Assembly (NCBI GenBank): GCA_963705305.1
Contig: OY970067.1
Coordinates: forward strand, 5,312,001 to 5,376,000
Source of the DNA: an uncultured Methylomirabilota bacterium
GTDB lineage: Bacteria > Methylomirabilota > Methylomirabilia > Methylomirabilales > 2-02-FULL-66-22
Reading direction: 5' to 3'
Length of the DNA: 64,000 bases
Position numbers and translations under genes: made by a program. The notes under the pieces were generated by a model. That model saw only the letters and a list, made by a program, of their open reading frames with translations, searched no databases and had not been told where the DNA came from. Below are positions 19,677 to 29,515 of this stretch, in pieces. Each line of letters opens with the position of its first letter. The stretch's first letter is position 1.

Positions 19677-20550
19677 GGCCCGCCCCCTCCGGAAATCTCC
19701 GGCGGGACCGTCGAAGCCATGCGCCGAGGCCGGCGAAGGACAGCTCCCAGCGGCCGAAGAGTCCGGCCGGCCGGAAGTTGATGATCAGCAGGATGATCAG
19801 GCAGTAGATCAGGACCCGCCATTCCGAGGCGAATCGGAGGACCTCGGGCAGCGCGGAGAGCGTGGCTGCGCCAATGATGGCCCCGGTGAGGCTGTCGCGC
19901 CCGCCGACGAATACCATGATGATCCAGATCGCCGACTGGGTCCACCCAAACATGGCAGGCTCGACATAGGTGGTGAAGAAGGCCATCAGGGCCCCGGCAT
20001 ATGCCGACAGTCCCGCTCCCAGCGCAAACACCTTCAGCTTGTGGGCAAAGGCATTGATCCCGCCGACCTGGGCGGCGAGCTCATCCGTGCGGATGGCCAG
20101 GCAGTCCCGTCCGAACTTGGAGCGGCGCACGTTGCCGATGAGCCATACGGCGACGACCAGCGAGCCGAAGGCCATCCAGGGCCTCGTCAGCTGCGGGACA
20201 CCGGAGAGTCCCATGGCCCCGCCGGTGTATTTCACCGATTCGTCCATCACGGCGCGGAGCGCCTCGCCGAAGCCGAATGTCACCAGGGCGAAGAAGTCCT
20301 GGCGGATCTTCAGCGTGGTGAACCCGATGACGTAGGCCACGCCTACCGACAGGACGACCGCCGCCGCCACCGCCACGGGGAAGGGGATCCCGTACTTGAC
20401 GACGGCCAGCGCCGCCACGTAGGAGCCCAGCCCCATGAAGGCGGCCTGCCCGAGGGAGAACAGGCCGGTCAGCCCGGTGAGGACGAAGGTGCCCAGGACC
20501 CCAAGCGTCGTTATCGCCGTGAATACCGCAACGCTGACGAAATAATCCAC
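19669..20550 (-). CDS. LIV-type ABC transporter permease (LivM-like), system 2
   Basis: GLTGLFSLGQAAFMGLGSY, AIRTDELAA, VGGRDS, RPAGLFG. Confidence 0.9.
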   Translation of the reverse strand: MDYFVSVAVFTAITTLGVLGTFVLTGLTGLFSLGQAAFMGLGSYVAALAVVKYGIPFPVAVAAAVVLSVGVAYVIGFTTLKIRQDFFALVTFGFGEALRAVMDESVKYTGGAMGLSGVPQLTRPWMAFGSLVVAVWLIGNVRRSKFGRDCLAIRTDELAAQVGGINAFAHKLKVFALGAGLSAYAGALMAFFTTYVEPAMFGWTQSAIWIIMVFVGGRDSLTGAIIGAATLSALPEVLRFASEWRVLIYCLIILLIINFRPAGLFGRWELSFAGLGAWLRRSRRRFPEGAGHD

Positions 20551-20558
20551 AGACTACC

Positions 20559-21455
20559 TCATGCCTTCTCCTCAAAAGAGACCCCGGCGAAGCCTTGCGG
20601 CCGGATCAGCAGGAAGGCAACCATGATGGCAAAGATCACGGCGGGGGACAGGCCGGCGCCCATGACGGCAATCAGCGTCACTTCCACCAGGGCCAGGGCC
20701 AACGCTCCCCAGGCCGCGCCCATGATGCTGCCCAATCCGCCCAGGACGGACGCGATGAATCCTTTCACCACCAGCTGTCCGATCTGCGGGTAGAGCGTGT
20801 AGGCCATCCCCAGCAGCACCCCCGAGAGGCCCCCGAGCATCCCGGAGATGAAAAAGGTCGTCATGACGATGAAGTTCACGTTCACGCCCATCAGGTTGGT
20901 TGTCGTTAGGTCGTCCGCGGCGGCCCGGATGGCGATGCCGACCTTCGTATATCTCAGCGCCCAGGCCAGCGATCCGAAAGCCAGGATGGAGATGGCCATC
21001 ATGACGAGGTAGAGCACCGAAAAATTCACCCCCGCGATCGAGAAGGAGGTCGTGCGGATCAGCTCCGGGTAAGTGAAGAAGGAGGCGCCGAAAAAGATCA
21101 CCAGGATCTGCTCCATGAGCATCAGCATAGTGACAGAGGTGACGAAGAAATAGACTAGTTGCCCCCGCTTTTTGCGGATGGAGCGGAACGCGACGAATTC
21201 CACCCCGACGGCGACAATTCCCCCCGCCAGTGTTCCCACGAGCAAGACCGGGATCAAAGGGAGCCTCAGGTAGAGCGCCGCCATGTAGCCGAGGTACGCT
21301 CCGATACCAAGAACGCCGCCATGAGAGAAATTGGAGAACTTCAGGACGTTGAACACCATGGCAAACCCGACGGCGATCAGGGCGTAGACCGCGCCCAGGG
21401 ACACCCCGTTGACCAGCTGCTGTATGGCGACTCCCCACAATTGACCCGCTTCCAT
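20559..21455 (-). CDS. LIV-type ABC transporter permease (LivH-like), system 2
   Basis: QQLVNGVSLGAVYALIAVGF, NFSHG, GIAIRA, LGGLGSI, RPQG. Confidence 0.92.
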   Translation of the reverse strand: MEAGQLWGVAIQQLVNGVSLGAVYALIAVGFAMVFNVLKFSNFSHGGVLGIGAYLGYMAALYLRLPLIPVLLVGTLAGGIVAVGVEFVAFRSIRKKRGQLVYFFVTSVTMLMLMEQILVIFFGASFFTYPELIRTTSFSIAGVNFSVLYLVMMAISILAFGSLAWALRYTKVGIAIRAAADDLTTTNLMGVNVNFIVMTTFFISGMLGGLSGVLLGMAYTLYPQIGQLVVKGFIASVLGGLGSIMGAAWGALALALVEVTLIAVMGAGLSPAVIFAIMVAFLLIRPQGFAGVSFEEKA

Positions 21456-21536
21456 CGCGCTCCATCCTCCAAAAGCAAAACCGGGAGTCGAGGGAACGAT
21501 CTCCCGGCTCCCGGCTGGGCCCCGTGAGGGCACATA

Positions 21537-22712
21537 TTACTTTTCATCCGGCGGGACATACTTGGTCAGCGTCACCGATCTGCCGCCCTTCACCTGAAGG
21601 ATGTACATGGGCAGGCCCACGGGACGGTGCGTCTTCGGCGAGATGGTGAACGGACCCTGGTAGCCGGGAAAGTCCTTCGTCTTGCTCAATTCGGCTGCGA
21701 GCATCTCGCTGGTCGGCGCCCTGCCGCCGGCCGAGGCGCGCTTGTACGCCTCGACCAGGGCCCCGCCGAGGTCCCATCCCGAGTACGCCTGGGTGATGGC
21801 CGGGTATCCGAACTTTTTCTCGTACTGCGCGCTGTACTCCTTCAGCTTGGCGTTGGACGGATCGATGCCGTACGGGAAGTACACTCCCTCCGACGCCTTG
21901 GGATCGGTGTTACTCGCCAGGGCAAAGGGAATATAGGAGTTATCGCCGAGGATGGTCGCCTTGATCCCCAGATCGTAGGACTGCTGCAGGGCCAAGGGGA
22001 TCTCCTGTGGATAGGTCGGCATGTAGATCGCTTCGGGATTGGCCTGCTTGATCTTGGTGAGCTGGGCCCGGTAATCCTTGTCGGCGGTCATGAAGGTCTC
22101 TTTGGCCACGATCGTTCCGCCGTTCTCGGTCACATAGCTCATGAATGGCTCGGCCAGGGAGACCGAATAGGCGTTCTGCTGGTTCAGGAGCACGGCGTAC
22201 TTCTTGAGCTTCAACTCCTTGATGGCGTAGGCGGCGATGGTTCGCGCCTGGGCGCCGGAGGAGTTCTGGGCGAGGAACATGTAGGTCCAGGGCGTCCCGT
22301 CGGGCTTCGTGGTTGCCCGTTCGTCCATGTAGAGACCGACGATGGGGACCTTCTTGGCGTCGGTCAGGGGCGCCAGGGCGATGCCCATGTTGGCGATGGG
22401 CGGGCCGATCAGCACAGTGACCCGGTCCAAGTCGCAGAGACGCCGGTAGGCGTTGATGGCCTCGTTCACCTCGCTCTTCGTATCGTAGCTGATGATCTTC
22501 AGCTTTCGGCCGTTGATGCCGCCCGCGGCATTGACCTGGTCGAAGTACATCTGGACGCCGTTGGTGGTCGCCAGGCCGAAGGCTTTGTTGGGTCCCGAGA
22601 GATCCTGGATATTGCCGATCAGGATATCATCGGCCGCCGAGGCAGGCGTGCCGGCAAAGGCCGCCAGGACGGCGAGGGCGAGGAGCGTGGAGACAAATGC
22701 CGGCCTGTTCAT
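21537..22712 (-). CDS. LIV-type ABC transporter substrate-binding protein, system 2
   Basis: Signal peptide; DLSGP, VNAAGGINGRKL, DYRAQLTKIK. Confidence 0.9.
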   Translation of the reverse strand: MNRPAFVSTLLALAVLAAFAGTPASAADDILIGNIQDLSGPNKAFGLATTNGVQMYFDQVNAAGGINGRKLKIISYDTKSEVNEAINAYRRLCDLDRVTVLIGPPIANMGIALAPLTDAKKVPIVGLYMDERATTKPDGTPWTYMFLAQNSSGAQARTIAAYAIKELKLKKYAVLLNQQNAYSVSLAEPFMSYVTENGGTIVAKETFMTADKDYRAQLTKIKQANPEAIYMPTYPQEIPLALQQSYDLGIKATILGDNSYIPFALASNTDPKASEGVYFPYGIDPSNAKLKEYSAQYEKKFGYPAITQAYSGWDLGGALVEAYKRASAGGRAPTSEMLAAELSKTKDFPGYQGPFTISPKTHRPVGLPMYILQVKGGRSVTLTKYVPPDEK

Positions 22713-22830
22713 GCTCTCCTCCTCCGATCTTTCTTCCGGGGGACGAAAATACGTCTAAGAAAAACCGATGGGGCCCTTTCTCCCTGGCCCGGCGTTGTGC
22801 CGGCGGGCAGGCGGGTGTGAACGATGGTCG

Positions 22831-22860
22831 TATATATCCCCGATTTTTGCCGGCTGTCAA
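22831..22860 (-). promoter_or_regulatory. Putative sigma70 promoter for the LIV-2 operon
   Basis: Minus strand reads TTGACA, then 17-18 nt, then ATATAT/TATATA. Confidence 0.4.
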
Positions 22861-22933
22861 GGCCGAGGCTCAACTCATATGATCAGGCGTCCTTTTGCAG
22901 GCCGGCATCGATGAGCCTGCCGGAGGGGCTCGC

Positions 22934-22962
22934 TTGACAATCGGGGGTAACCGGCCAATACT
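22934..22962 (+). promoter_or_regulatory. Putative sigma70 promoter facing the protease gene
   Basis: TTGACA-17 nt-AATACT. Confidence 0.45.
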
Positions 22963-23048
22963 TCTATCGCACGCCAAGACGCTCCAGGAAGATGTGCTCA
23001 GCAGGTGCCCGGGATCACACGGTGCCATCTCGGTCAAGGCGATGAACG

Positions 23049-23092
23049 CCCTGGACTTCCCCCGGCAAGGCGGGACCAGGGTTTTGTCTTTT
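23049..23092 (+). terminator. Possible intrinsic terminator/attenuator in the leader upstream of the protease gene
   Basis: CCCTGG..TCCC..GGGA-CCAGGG stem followed by TTTTGTCTTTT. Confidence 0.4.
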
Positions 23093-23332
23093 CAGCCGCA
23101 GCGCTCGGTTCTCCAGGGAGGGGGAGGACGGACAGAGGAAATCCTGGCCAAATCGGACCTGCTCAGCCAGATTGCCCACAATCCGACGACTCTCCAGCTC
23201 GTCGAGGCCTTGGAACCTGTGGCCCGTCAGCCTTTCCTGGCCGAGTCCGTTCCGGGTTGTGGCCGGGTCGCGGAGCTGGCGCACTTCTCCTGTCCCGCCA
23301 TTCTATACCTGTCTCGCTAAGGAGGTCAGCCC

Positions 23333-24796
23333 ATGGGACGGTCCAATCGCTTGAAGAGATCGCTGTACGTCTTGCTGATTCTGGGGCTGGGGGTCGTGGG
23401 GCTCTGTGCTGCCCTCCCGCGCGCGCAGGCCGCCGACCCGCCCCTCTGGACCGAGGGGACCCAGCCGGCGCCGGCCTACACCACTCCCTGGCCCGGCGTC
23501 GCCAAAGCGGACCTCGGGGCGGTGGTCAACATCAGCACGACCCAGATCGTGAAGAATCCCATGGCCGCCGAGGAGGGCGAGAATCCGCAGGACCCGTTCC
23601 AGCAGTTCTTCCACCAGTTCTTCGGGAATCTTCCGAAGACGTCGCAGGTCCACAGCCTCGGCTCGGGCTTCCTCCTCCGGGCGGACGGCTACATTGCCAC
23701 CAACAACCACGTCGTGGCCAACGCCACGGACGTGCAGGTGAAGCTCGCGGACGGGCGGGAGTTTCCGGCCACCGTGGTGGGCCGCGACGAGCAGACCGAC
23801 CTCGCGCTCGTGAAGATCGAAGCCACCGGCCTCCCCGTGCTCCGCCTCGGGGACTCCGACCAGCTGCACATCGGCGATCCCGTGATGGCCATCGGCAACC
23901 CCTTCGGGCTGCAGGGGACCGTCACCACCGGCATCGTCTCGGCCACCGGCCGGGTCATCGGCGAGGGCCCCTATGACAACTTCATCCAGACGGACGCCTC
24001 GATCAACCCCGGGAACTCCGGGGGGCCGCTGGTCAACGCGGCCGGGGAGGTGGTGGGGATCAACACGGCCATCGTCTCCCAGTCGGGGGGCTCGGTGGGC
24101 ATCGGCTTCGCCATCCCCATCAATGAGGCCAAGACGATCCTCCCGCAGCTCCAGGCCACCGGCCACGTAACGCGCGGCTGGCTGGGGGTGGGCATCCAGA
24201 CCGTGACCCCCGCGCTGGCCACGGCCCTGCACCTGCCGAAGGACGCGGGGGCGCTGGTGGCGGAGGTCCAGCCGAACTCCCCCGCCGCCCAGGCGGGGCT
24301 CCAGCCGGGGGACGTCATCGTCGAGTACGCGGGCCATGCCGTGGCGCAGAGCACGGACCTGCCACGCCTGGTCGCCGCCACCCCGATCGGACAGACCGCC
24401 CGCATCACGGTCCTGCGGGAGGGCCGGTCGCTGACGCTGACCGCCACGATTGCGGAGCGCCCGGGGGCCCCGGAGGAGGCCCAGGCGGCGCCGGCACACG
24501 AAGCGCTGGGGATCAGCGTGCAGCCCCTCACCCCGGCCCTGGCCCAGCAACTGGGCGTGCCGGACCGGGCGGGCCTCGTGGTGACCGATGTGAAGGACGG
24601 CGGGCCGGCCGCCGAGGCCGGCATCCAGGCCGGGGACGTCATCATCCAGGCCGACCGGCACTCGGCGGCCACGGTGGCCGACCTCCGGAAGGTTGTGGCG
24701 GAACACCCGGCAGGCCAGCCCCTGCTCCTCTTGATCCGGCGGAAGGACGCGAGCCTATTTATCGCCGTCCCCCTGGGGGGCGGCCCGCCGGGGTAG
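23333..24796 (+). CDS. Do/DegQ (HtrA) family periplasmic serine endoprotease with two PDZ domains
   Basis: SLGSGF, TNNHVV, DLAL, QTDASINPGNSGGPL, then two PDZ domains (RGWLGV, LGISV). AAGGAGG RBS. Confidence 0.95.
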   Translation: MGRSNRLKRSLYVLLILGLGVVGLCAALPRAQAADPPLWTEGTQPAPAYTTPWPGVAKADLGAVVNISTTQIVKNPMAAEEGENPQDPFQQFFHQFFGNLPKTSQVHSLGSGFLLRADGYIATNNHVVANATDVQVKLADGREFPATVVGRDEQTDLALVKIEATGLPVLRLGDSDQLHIGDPVMAIGNPFGLQGTVTTGIVSATGRVIGEGPYDNFIQTDASINPGNSGGPLVNAAGEVVGINTAIVSQSGGSVGIGFAIPINEAKTILPQLQATGHVTRGWLGVGIQTVTPALATALHLPKDAGALVAEVQPNSPAAQAGLQPGDVIVEYAGHAVAQSTDLPRLVAATPIGQTARITVLREGRSLTLTATIAERPGAPEEAQAAPAHEALGISVQPLTPALAQQLGVPDRAGLVVTDVKDGGPAAEAGIQAGDVIIQADRHSAATVADLRKVVAEHPAGQPLLLLIRRKDASLFIAVPLGGGPPG

Positions 24797-25006
24797 GGGG
24801 CCCGACGAGGGGGCCGGTCCGCCTTCGCTGACACGGAACGTGGACGGGGATCAATGTTCGCCGGGCGCCCGCCGACCTGGCCGCGTACGCCGCGGAGGGC
24901 CAGCTCGAAACATAGAGACCGTCCGATACGTATGGAAGGCAGAGGTGGAGCGAAGCGAGAGAAACGGGTCTTACGGCCAGAATGACACGGTCATGGAAAG
25001 GACACT

Positions 25007-27454
25007 GTGATGACACCTCCCGCCAAGCAACCAGCGGCAGCTCATGGAGACACGAGCCTCAGTGCCTACGGGCCGGCCCGCGCGACGATCGCCGGGACCC
25101 CGCTGAGCCCGGAGGAGCTCCGCCGGATCGACGCGTACTGGCAGGCCAGCCTCTACCTGTGCCTGGGGATGCTGTACCTCCGGGACAACCCCCTCCTCCG
25201 CGAGCCGCTCACGCTGGCGCACCTGAAGCCGCGGCTGCTGGGCCACTGGGGCTCGGATGCCGGCCAGGCCTTCACCTACATTCACTTCAACCGGCTCATC
25301 ACCAAGTACGACCTGAACGCAATCTATATCTCCGGCCCCGGTCACGGGGCCCCGGCGGTCCTGGCCCAGGCCTACCTCGAGGGGACCTACGCCGAGATCT
25401 ACCCCGACAAGAGCGAGGACCTGGCGGGGCTGCGGCGCTTCTTCAAGCAATTCTCCTTTCCCGGGGGCATCGGCAGCCACGCCACCCCGGAAACGCCCGG
25501 CAGCCTCCACGAGGGGGGCGAATTGGGGTACAGCCTCTCCCACGCCTTCGGGACGGTCTTCGACCACCCGGATCTGATCGCCCTGGTGATGGTGGGCGAC
25601 GGCGAGGCCGAGACCGGCCCCCTGGCCACCAGCTGGCACAGCAACAAGTTCCTCAACCCGATCACCGATGGGGCGGTCCTGCCGGTCCTGCATCTCAACG
25701 GCTACAAGATCAACAACCCCACCCTCCTGGCCCGCATCAGCCACGCGGAGCTGGAGGCGCTGTTCACGGGGTACGGGTACACCCCCTACTTCGTGGAGGG
25801 GAGCGACCCGCCGAGCATGCACCAGGCCATGGCCGCCACCCTGGAGCACTGCGTCCTGGCGATCCGCCAGGTCCAGGACGAGGCGCGGCCGACCGGCACG
25901 GCTGGCCGGCCGCGCTGGCCGATGATCGTCCTGCGGAGCCCCAAGGGCTGGACGGCCCCCCGCGAGGTGGACGGCCACTACCTGGAAGGGTTCTGGCGGG
26001 CGCACCAGATCCCGCTCCCGGACGTCGCCACCAACCCGGCCCACCTGCACTTGCTGGAATCGTGGCTGCGCGGCTACCAGCCGGAGGCGCGCTTCGACCA
26101 GGACGGGCGGCTGATCCCCGAGCTGAAGGCCCTGGCCCCCACGGGGCCCCGGCGCATGAGCGCCAACCCCGTGGCCAACGGCGGCCTGCTGCGCCGGCCC
26201 CTGGACCTGCCGGACTTCCGGACGTTCGCCGTCGCGGTCAAGACCCCCGGCGGGACCCTGGCCGGGAACGTCCCCACCCTGGGCCTTTTCCTGCGGGACG
26301 TCATGCGATTGAACATGGACCGCTTCCGCCTCTTCGGGCCGGACGAGACCCAATCCAACAAGCTGGACGCCGTCTACGAGGTCGCCCCGAAGGTCTGGCT
26401 GGGGGAGGTCTTCCCGGAGGACGCCGACGGAGGCAATCTGGCCCCGCAGGGCCGGGTCATGGAGATGCTGAGCGAGCACACGGTGGAGGGGTGGCTGGAG
26501 GGCTACCTCCTGAGCGGCCGGCACGGCTTCATCAACAGCTACGAGCCGTTCATCCACGTCATCGACTCCATGGTCAACCAGCACGCCAAGTGGCTGGAGA
26601 AGTGCAACGAGCTGCCCTGGCGCGCCAAGGTGGCGTCGCTCAACCTGCTGATCACGGGGCTGGTCTGGCGGCAGGACCACAACGGCTTCACGCACCAGGA
26701 TCCCGGCTTTCTGGATGTGGTCGTCAACAAGAGTCCGAGTGTCGTGCGCATCTACCTGCCGCCCGACGCCAACTGCCTGCTGTCCGTGGCGGACCACTGC
26801 CTGCGCAGCCTGAACTACGTCAACGTCATCGTGGCGGACAAGCAGGTGCACCTGCAGTACCTGGACCGGGAGGCGGCCGGGGCGCACTGCGCCAAGGGCG
26901 CCGGCATCTGGAGCTGGGCCAGCAACGACCAGGGGGCCGAGCCCGACGTGGTCATGGCGAGCTGCGGCGACGTCCCGACCATGGAGGCGCTGGCCGCCAC
27001 GGCCCTGCTCCGCCAGCACCTGCCGGACATCACGGTGCGGTTCGTGAACGTCGTGGACCTGTTCAAGCTGGTGCCGCACACCGAGCATCCGCACGGGCTG
27101 ACGGACCGCGAGTTCGGGGCCCTCTTCACCGCCACCAAGCCGGTGGTCTTCAACTTCCACTCGTACCCGTGGCTGATCCACCGGCTGACCTACCGGCGGC
27201 CCGGCCAGCACCACATCCACGTGCGCGGCTACAAGGAGAAGGGGAACATCAACACGCCCCTGGAGCTGGCCATCCGCAATCAGACCGACCGCTTCAGCCT
27301 GGCCATCGACGCCATCGACCGGATCCCCCGCTTTGCCGAGACGGGGTCCGGCGTCCGCGAGGCGCTGCTCGACCAGCAGATCGCGTGCCTGCACCACGCC
27401 TACGAGTTCGGCGTGGATCGACCGGAGCTCACCGGCTGGACGTGGCCCTTCTGA
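25007..27454 (+). CDS. xfp: Xylulose-5-P/fructose-6-P phosphoketolase
   Basis: [62 protein letters not shown]. Confidence 0.96.
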   Translation: MMTPPAKQPAAAHGDTSLSAYGPARATIAGTPLSPEELRRIDAYWQASLYLCLGMLYLRDNPLLREPLTLAHLKPRLLGHWGSDAGQAFTYIHFNRLITKYDLNAIYISGPGHGAPAVLAQAYLEGTYAEIYPDKSEDLAGLRRFFKQFSFPGGIGSHATPETPGSLHEGGELGYSLSHAFGTVFDHPDLIALVMVGDGEAETGPLATSWHSNKFLNPITDGAVLPVLHLNGYKINNPTLLARISHAELEALFTGYGYTPYFVEGSDPPSMHQAMAATLEHCVLAIRQVQDEARPTGTAGRPRWPMIVLRSPKGWTAPREVDGHYLEGFWRAHQIPLPDVATNPAHLHLLESWLRGYQPEARFDQDGRLIPELKALAPTGPRRMSANPVANGGLLRRPLDLPDFRTFAVAVKTPGGTLAGNVPTLGLFLRDVMRLNMDRFRLFGPDETQSNKLDAVYEVAPKVWLGEVFPEDADGGNLAPQGRVMEMLSEHTVEGWLEGYLLSGRHGFINSYEPFIHVIDSMVNQHAKWLEKCNELPWRAKVASLNLLITGLVWRQDHNGFTHQDPGFLDVVVNKSPSVVRIYLPPDANCLLSVADHCLRSLNYVNVIVADKQVHLQYLDREAAGAHCAKGAGIWSWASNDQGAEPDVVMASCGDVPTMEALAATALLRQHLPDITVRFVNVVDLFKLVPHTEHPHGLTDREFGALFTATKPVVFNFHSYPWLIHRLTYRRPGQHHIHVRGYKEKGNINTPLELAIRNQTDRFSLAIDAIDRIPRFAETGSGVREALLDQQIACLHHAYEFGVDRPELTGWTWPF

Positions 27455-27568
27455 CCCCATTCCGAGGATATCTCACCGCCAAGGCGCCAGGGGACAATTC
27501 GAATTTCGAAGTTCGAAACTGAAAGGGATAACCGTGGCGTCATGGCGGTTGAACGGTTCCTTCGGTCC
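27455..27568. repeat. Dispersed hairpin (REP/MITE-like) element, copy 2
   Basis: Same arms as 12798-12983 with a different spacer (contains TTCGAAT-TTCGAAG-TTCGAAA). Begins directly after the xfp stop codon. Confidence 0.75.
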
Positions 27569-27602
27569 GAGGCCAACCTGTCGTCTTCGCGAAGACGACA
27601 GG

Positions 27603-27722
27603 AATGACCAAGTGGCAATCGGCAACTGGCCGAGGTCGGAGGGGTCGGTGACGGAGTTCGACCGCCCGTCATGCGCGCCCACCACCATTGGTCATTGGGA
27701 CCTTGGCCATCGGTCATTGGAT
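27603..27722. repeat. Degenerate heptamer repeats with an inverted partner
   Basis: CATTGGT-CATTGGG...CATCGGT-CATTGGA (27687-27721) is complementary to AATGACCAA at 27603; also GGCAATC-GGCAACT. Confidence 0.45.
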
Positions 27723-27733
27723 CTGGAGGGCGA

Positions 27734-27874
27734 ATGTCTTCGACCCTCTACTTTGTCCGCCACGGGGAGACGCAGGCCAGCCAGGCCGTCGGCTTTTGTG
27801 GGGATCTGAGTGCGGGATTCAGCACCGAAGGCTCGCCCCAGCGCGAGGTCGCGCAGATAAGGAGCCGACGATGA
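27734..27874 (+). pseudogene. Truncated histidine phosphatase (phosphoglycerate mutase family) remnant
   Basis: RBS GGAGG; MSSTLYFVRHGET contains the RHG catalytic motif, but the ORF ends after 46 aa. Confidence 0.65.
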
Positions 27875-28716
27875 TACCAGGACCTGAGGTCGTCCCCATC
27901 CACGGGGGAGCCCGCCAGCGCCGCTCGTGGTGGCGGGTGCTGCTCATTGGTTCTTTCTTCTACGCCGTCGGCGTGGTGGTGCTGGCCCTGACCTTGAACC
28001 CCAATCTGTTCCCCACCGTGGTCCTGCTGGGCAATTTCCTGGTGCCCGTCACCTACGTGGCCTTCTTCTACGACCATCGCCACCTCAGCCGGCTCAGCAT
28101 GCCCACGACGGCCTTGAGCTTCTTCTACGGGGGCGTCCTGGGGGTCTTTGCGGCGGGGCTCCTGGAGCCGCTCTTCATCGCCCGGCTCACCGCCGTCACG
28201 GCCTTCCGGGTGGGGCTGATCGAGGAGTTCGCCAAGATCCTGGGGGTGCTGGTCATCGCCCGGCACCGGCGACACGACGCCGAGCTGGACGGGCTCATCC
28301 TGGGGGCGGCGGCGGGGATGGGGTTCGCGGCCCTCGAGAGCACCGGCTACGCCTTCACCGCCTTCCTCAAGAGTGGTGGGAGCCTGACGGTGACCGTCCT
28401 CGTGACCCTGCTGCGGGGGCTTTTCGCCCCTGTCGGCCACGGCACCTGGACGGCGATCCTGGCCAGCGTCCTCTTCCGGGAAAGTGCCGCCGGCCGCTTC
28501 CGGCTGAACGGCAAGGTGGCGGCCGCCTACCTGACCGTCGCCCTCCTGCACGGGCTGTGGGACGGCCTCCCCGGCGTCCTGGCCCCCCTCGTGGCCTCGT
28601 GGGGCGACGTGCTGATCGGGCAAACGCTGGTCGGAACTATCGGGCTCGTCATCCTCTGGCTCCGCTGGCGCGAGGCCATCCGGCTTCAGCTCCTGCGGGA
28701 CGTCACGGCATGCTGA
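27871..28716 (+). CDS. PrsW family glutamic-type intramembrane protease
   Basis: GLIEEFAK, GMGFAALE, HGTWT, LLHGLWD; multiple TM segments. Confidence 0.9.
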   Translation: MIPGPEVVPIHGGARQRRSWWRVLLIGSFFYAVGVVVLALTLNPNLFPTVVLLGNFLVPVTYVAFFYDHRHLSRLSMPTTALSFFYGGVLGVFAAGLLEPLFIARLTAVTAFRVGLIEEFAKILGVLVIARHRRHDAELDGLILGAAAGMGFAALESTGYAFTAFLKSGGSLTVTVLVTLLRGLFAPVGHGTWTAILASVLFRESAAGRFRLNGKVAAAYLTVALLHGLWDGLPGVLAPLVASWGDVLIGQTLVGTIGLVILWLRWREAIRLQLLRDVTAC

Positions 28717-28863
28717 GGCGGCAGACGGCGCCCCCCGCCTCTCCGAGCGCCAGGCGGCGGGCCGCGAGGTCTGCCACGGTAGCTCGGATCCGGAACGAAC
28801 GAGGGGCGGAGGCACGGATGCGACCGAGACCGCAATCGACAGACCATCTTGGGAGGTGACACC

Positions 28864-29448
28864 ATGCGAAAGCGCGCCCAGGGGAAGGACAAAGGCACCC
28901 TGTACCGCCGGATCCTCTGGCCCACGGACTTCTCGCCCGGGGCAAAAGCGGCCCTGCCGCACCTCCGCACCCTCGCGGCCGCGAGCGGGGCCGAGGTGGT
29001 CCTGTTCCACGTCTTGCCCACGGCGGCAACATACATGATTCCTCCGGAGTCGGGCGTGGTCCTGGCGCGGCTCCAGCGGGAGGCTCGGGCGGCCGCCCGG
29101 ACGCAGCTCCGCCGGCTGGAGCGCCAGTTGCAAACCCCCGCCATCCGGACCCACGCGCTCCTGGCCCTGGGGGCCCCGTTCCAGCAGATCGTGCGGGCGG
29201 CCGAACGCCTCCATTGCGACCTCATCGTCATGGCGACCCACGGCCGCACCGGTTGGGTCCACGCCCTGCTCGGCAGCGTAGCCGAGAACGTGGTCCGGCA
29301 TGCGCCCTGCCCGGTCCTCACGGTGCACCCGCCACTGCGCGCCGCCCGGGTTGCGCGGAGACAGACGTCCGCCAGGCCGGCCGTTCGCCGGGCCACGAGT
29401 CGGGGGGCATCCCGGCGGCGGACGCACCGGACCGAGCCGGCCGAATGA
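28864..29448 (+). CDS. Universal stress protein (Usp)
   Basis: RILWPTDFS, LFHV, DLIVMATHGRTG, LLGSVAENVVRHAPCPVLTV. GGAGG RBS before ATG 28864. Confidence 0.93.
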   Translation: MRKRAQGKDKGTLYRRILWPTDFSPGAKAALPHLRTLAAASGAEVVLFHVLPTAATYMIPPESGVVLARLQREARAAARTQLRRLERQLQTPAIRTHALLALGAPFQQIVRAAERLHCDLIVMATHGRTGWVHALLGSVAENVVRHAPCPVLTVHPPLRAARVARRQTSARPAVRRATSRGASRRRTHRTEPAE

Positions 29449-29515
29449 AGATGTCCCCGCGAGGGCCGGCCGAGGCGGCCGGGCTCCTGTGTGGATCAGA
29501 ACGGAAGGAGGAAGC

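Noticed and set aside
23038..23050. GGCGATGAACGCC resembling the start of a fluoride riboswitch
   Set aside because: Lacks the pseudoknot segment and the downstream conserved bases; no fluoride-related gene follows.
24971..27460. 829-aa antisense ORF and 846-aa alternate-frame ORF over xfp (likewise long ORFs over acs, glgP, GT-C and the kinase)
   Set aside because: Shadow ORFs expected in high-GC coding DNA; no motifs, and they fully overlap well-supported genes.
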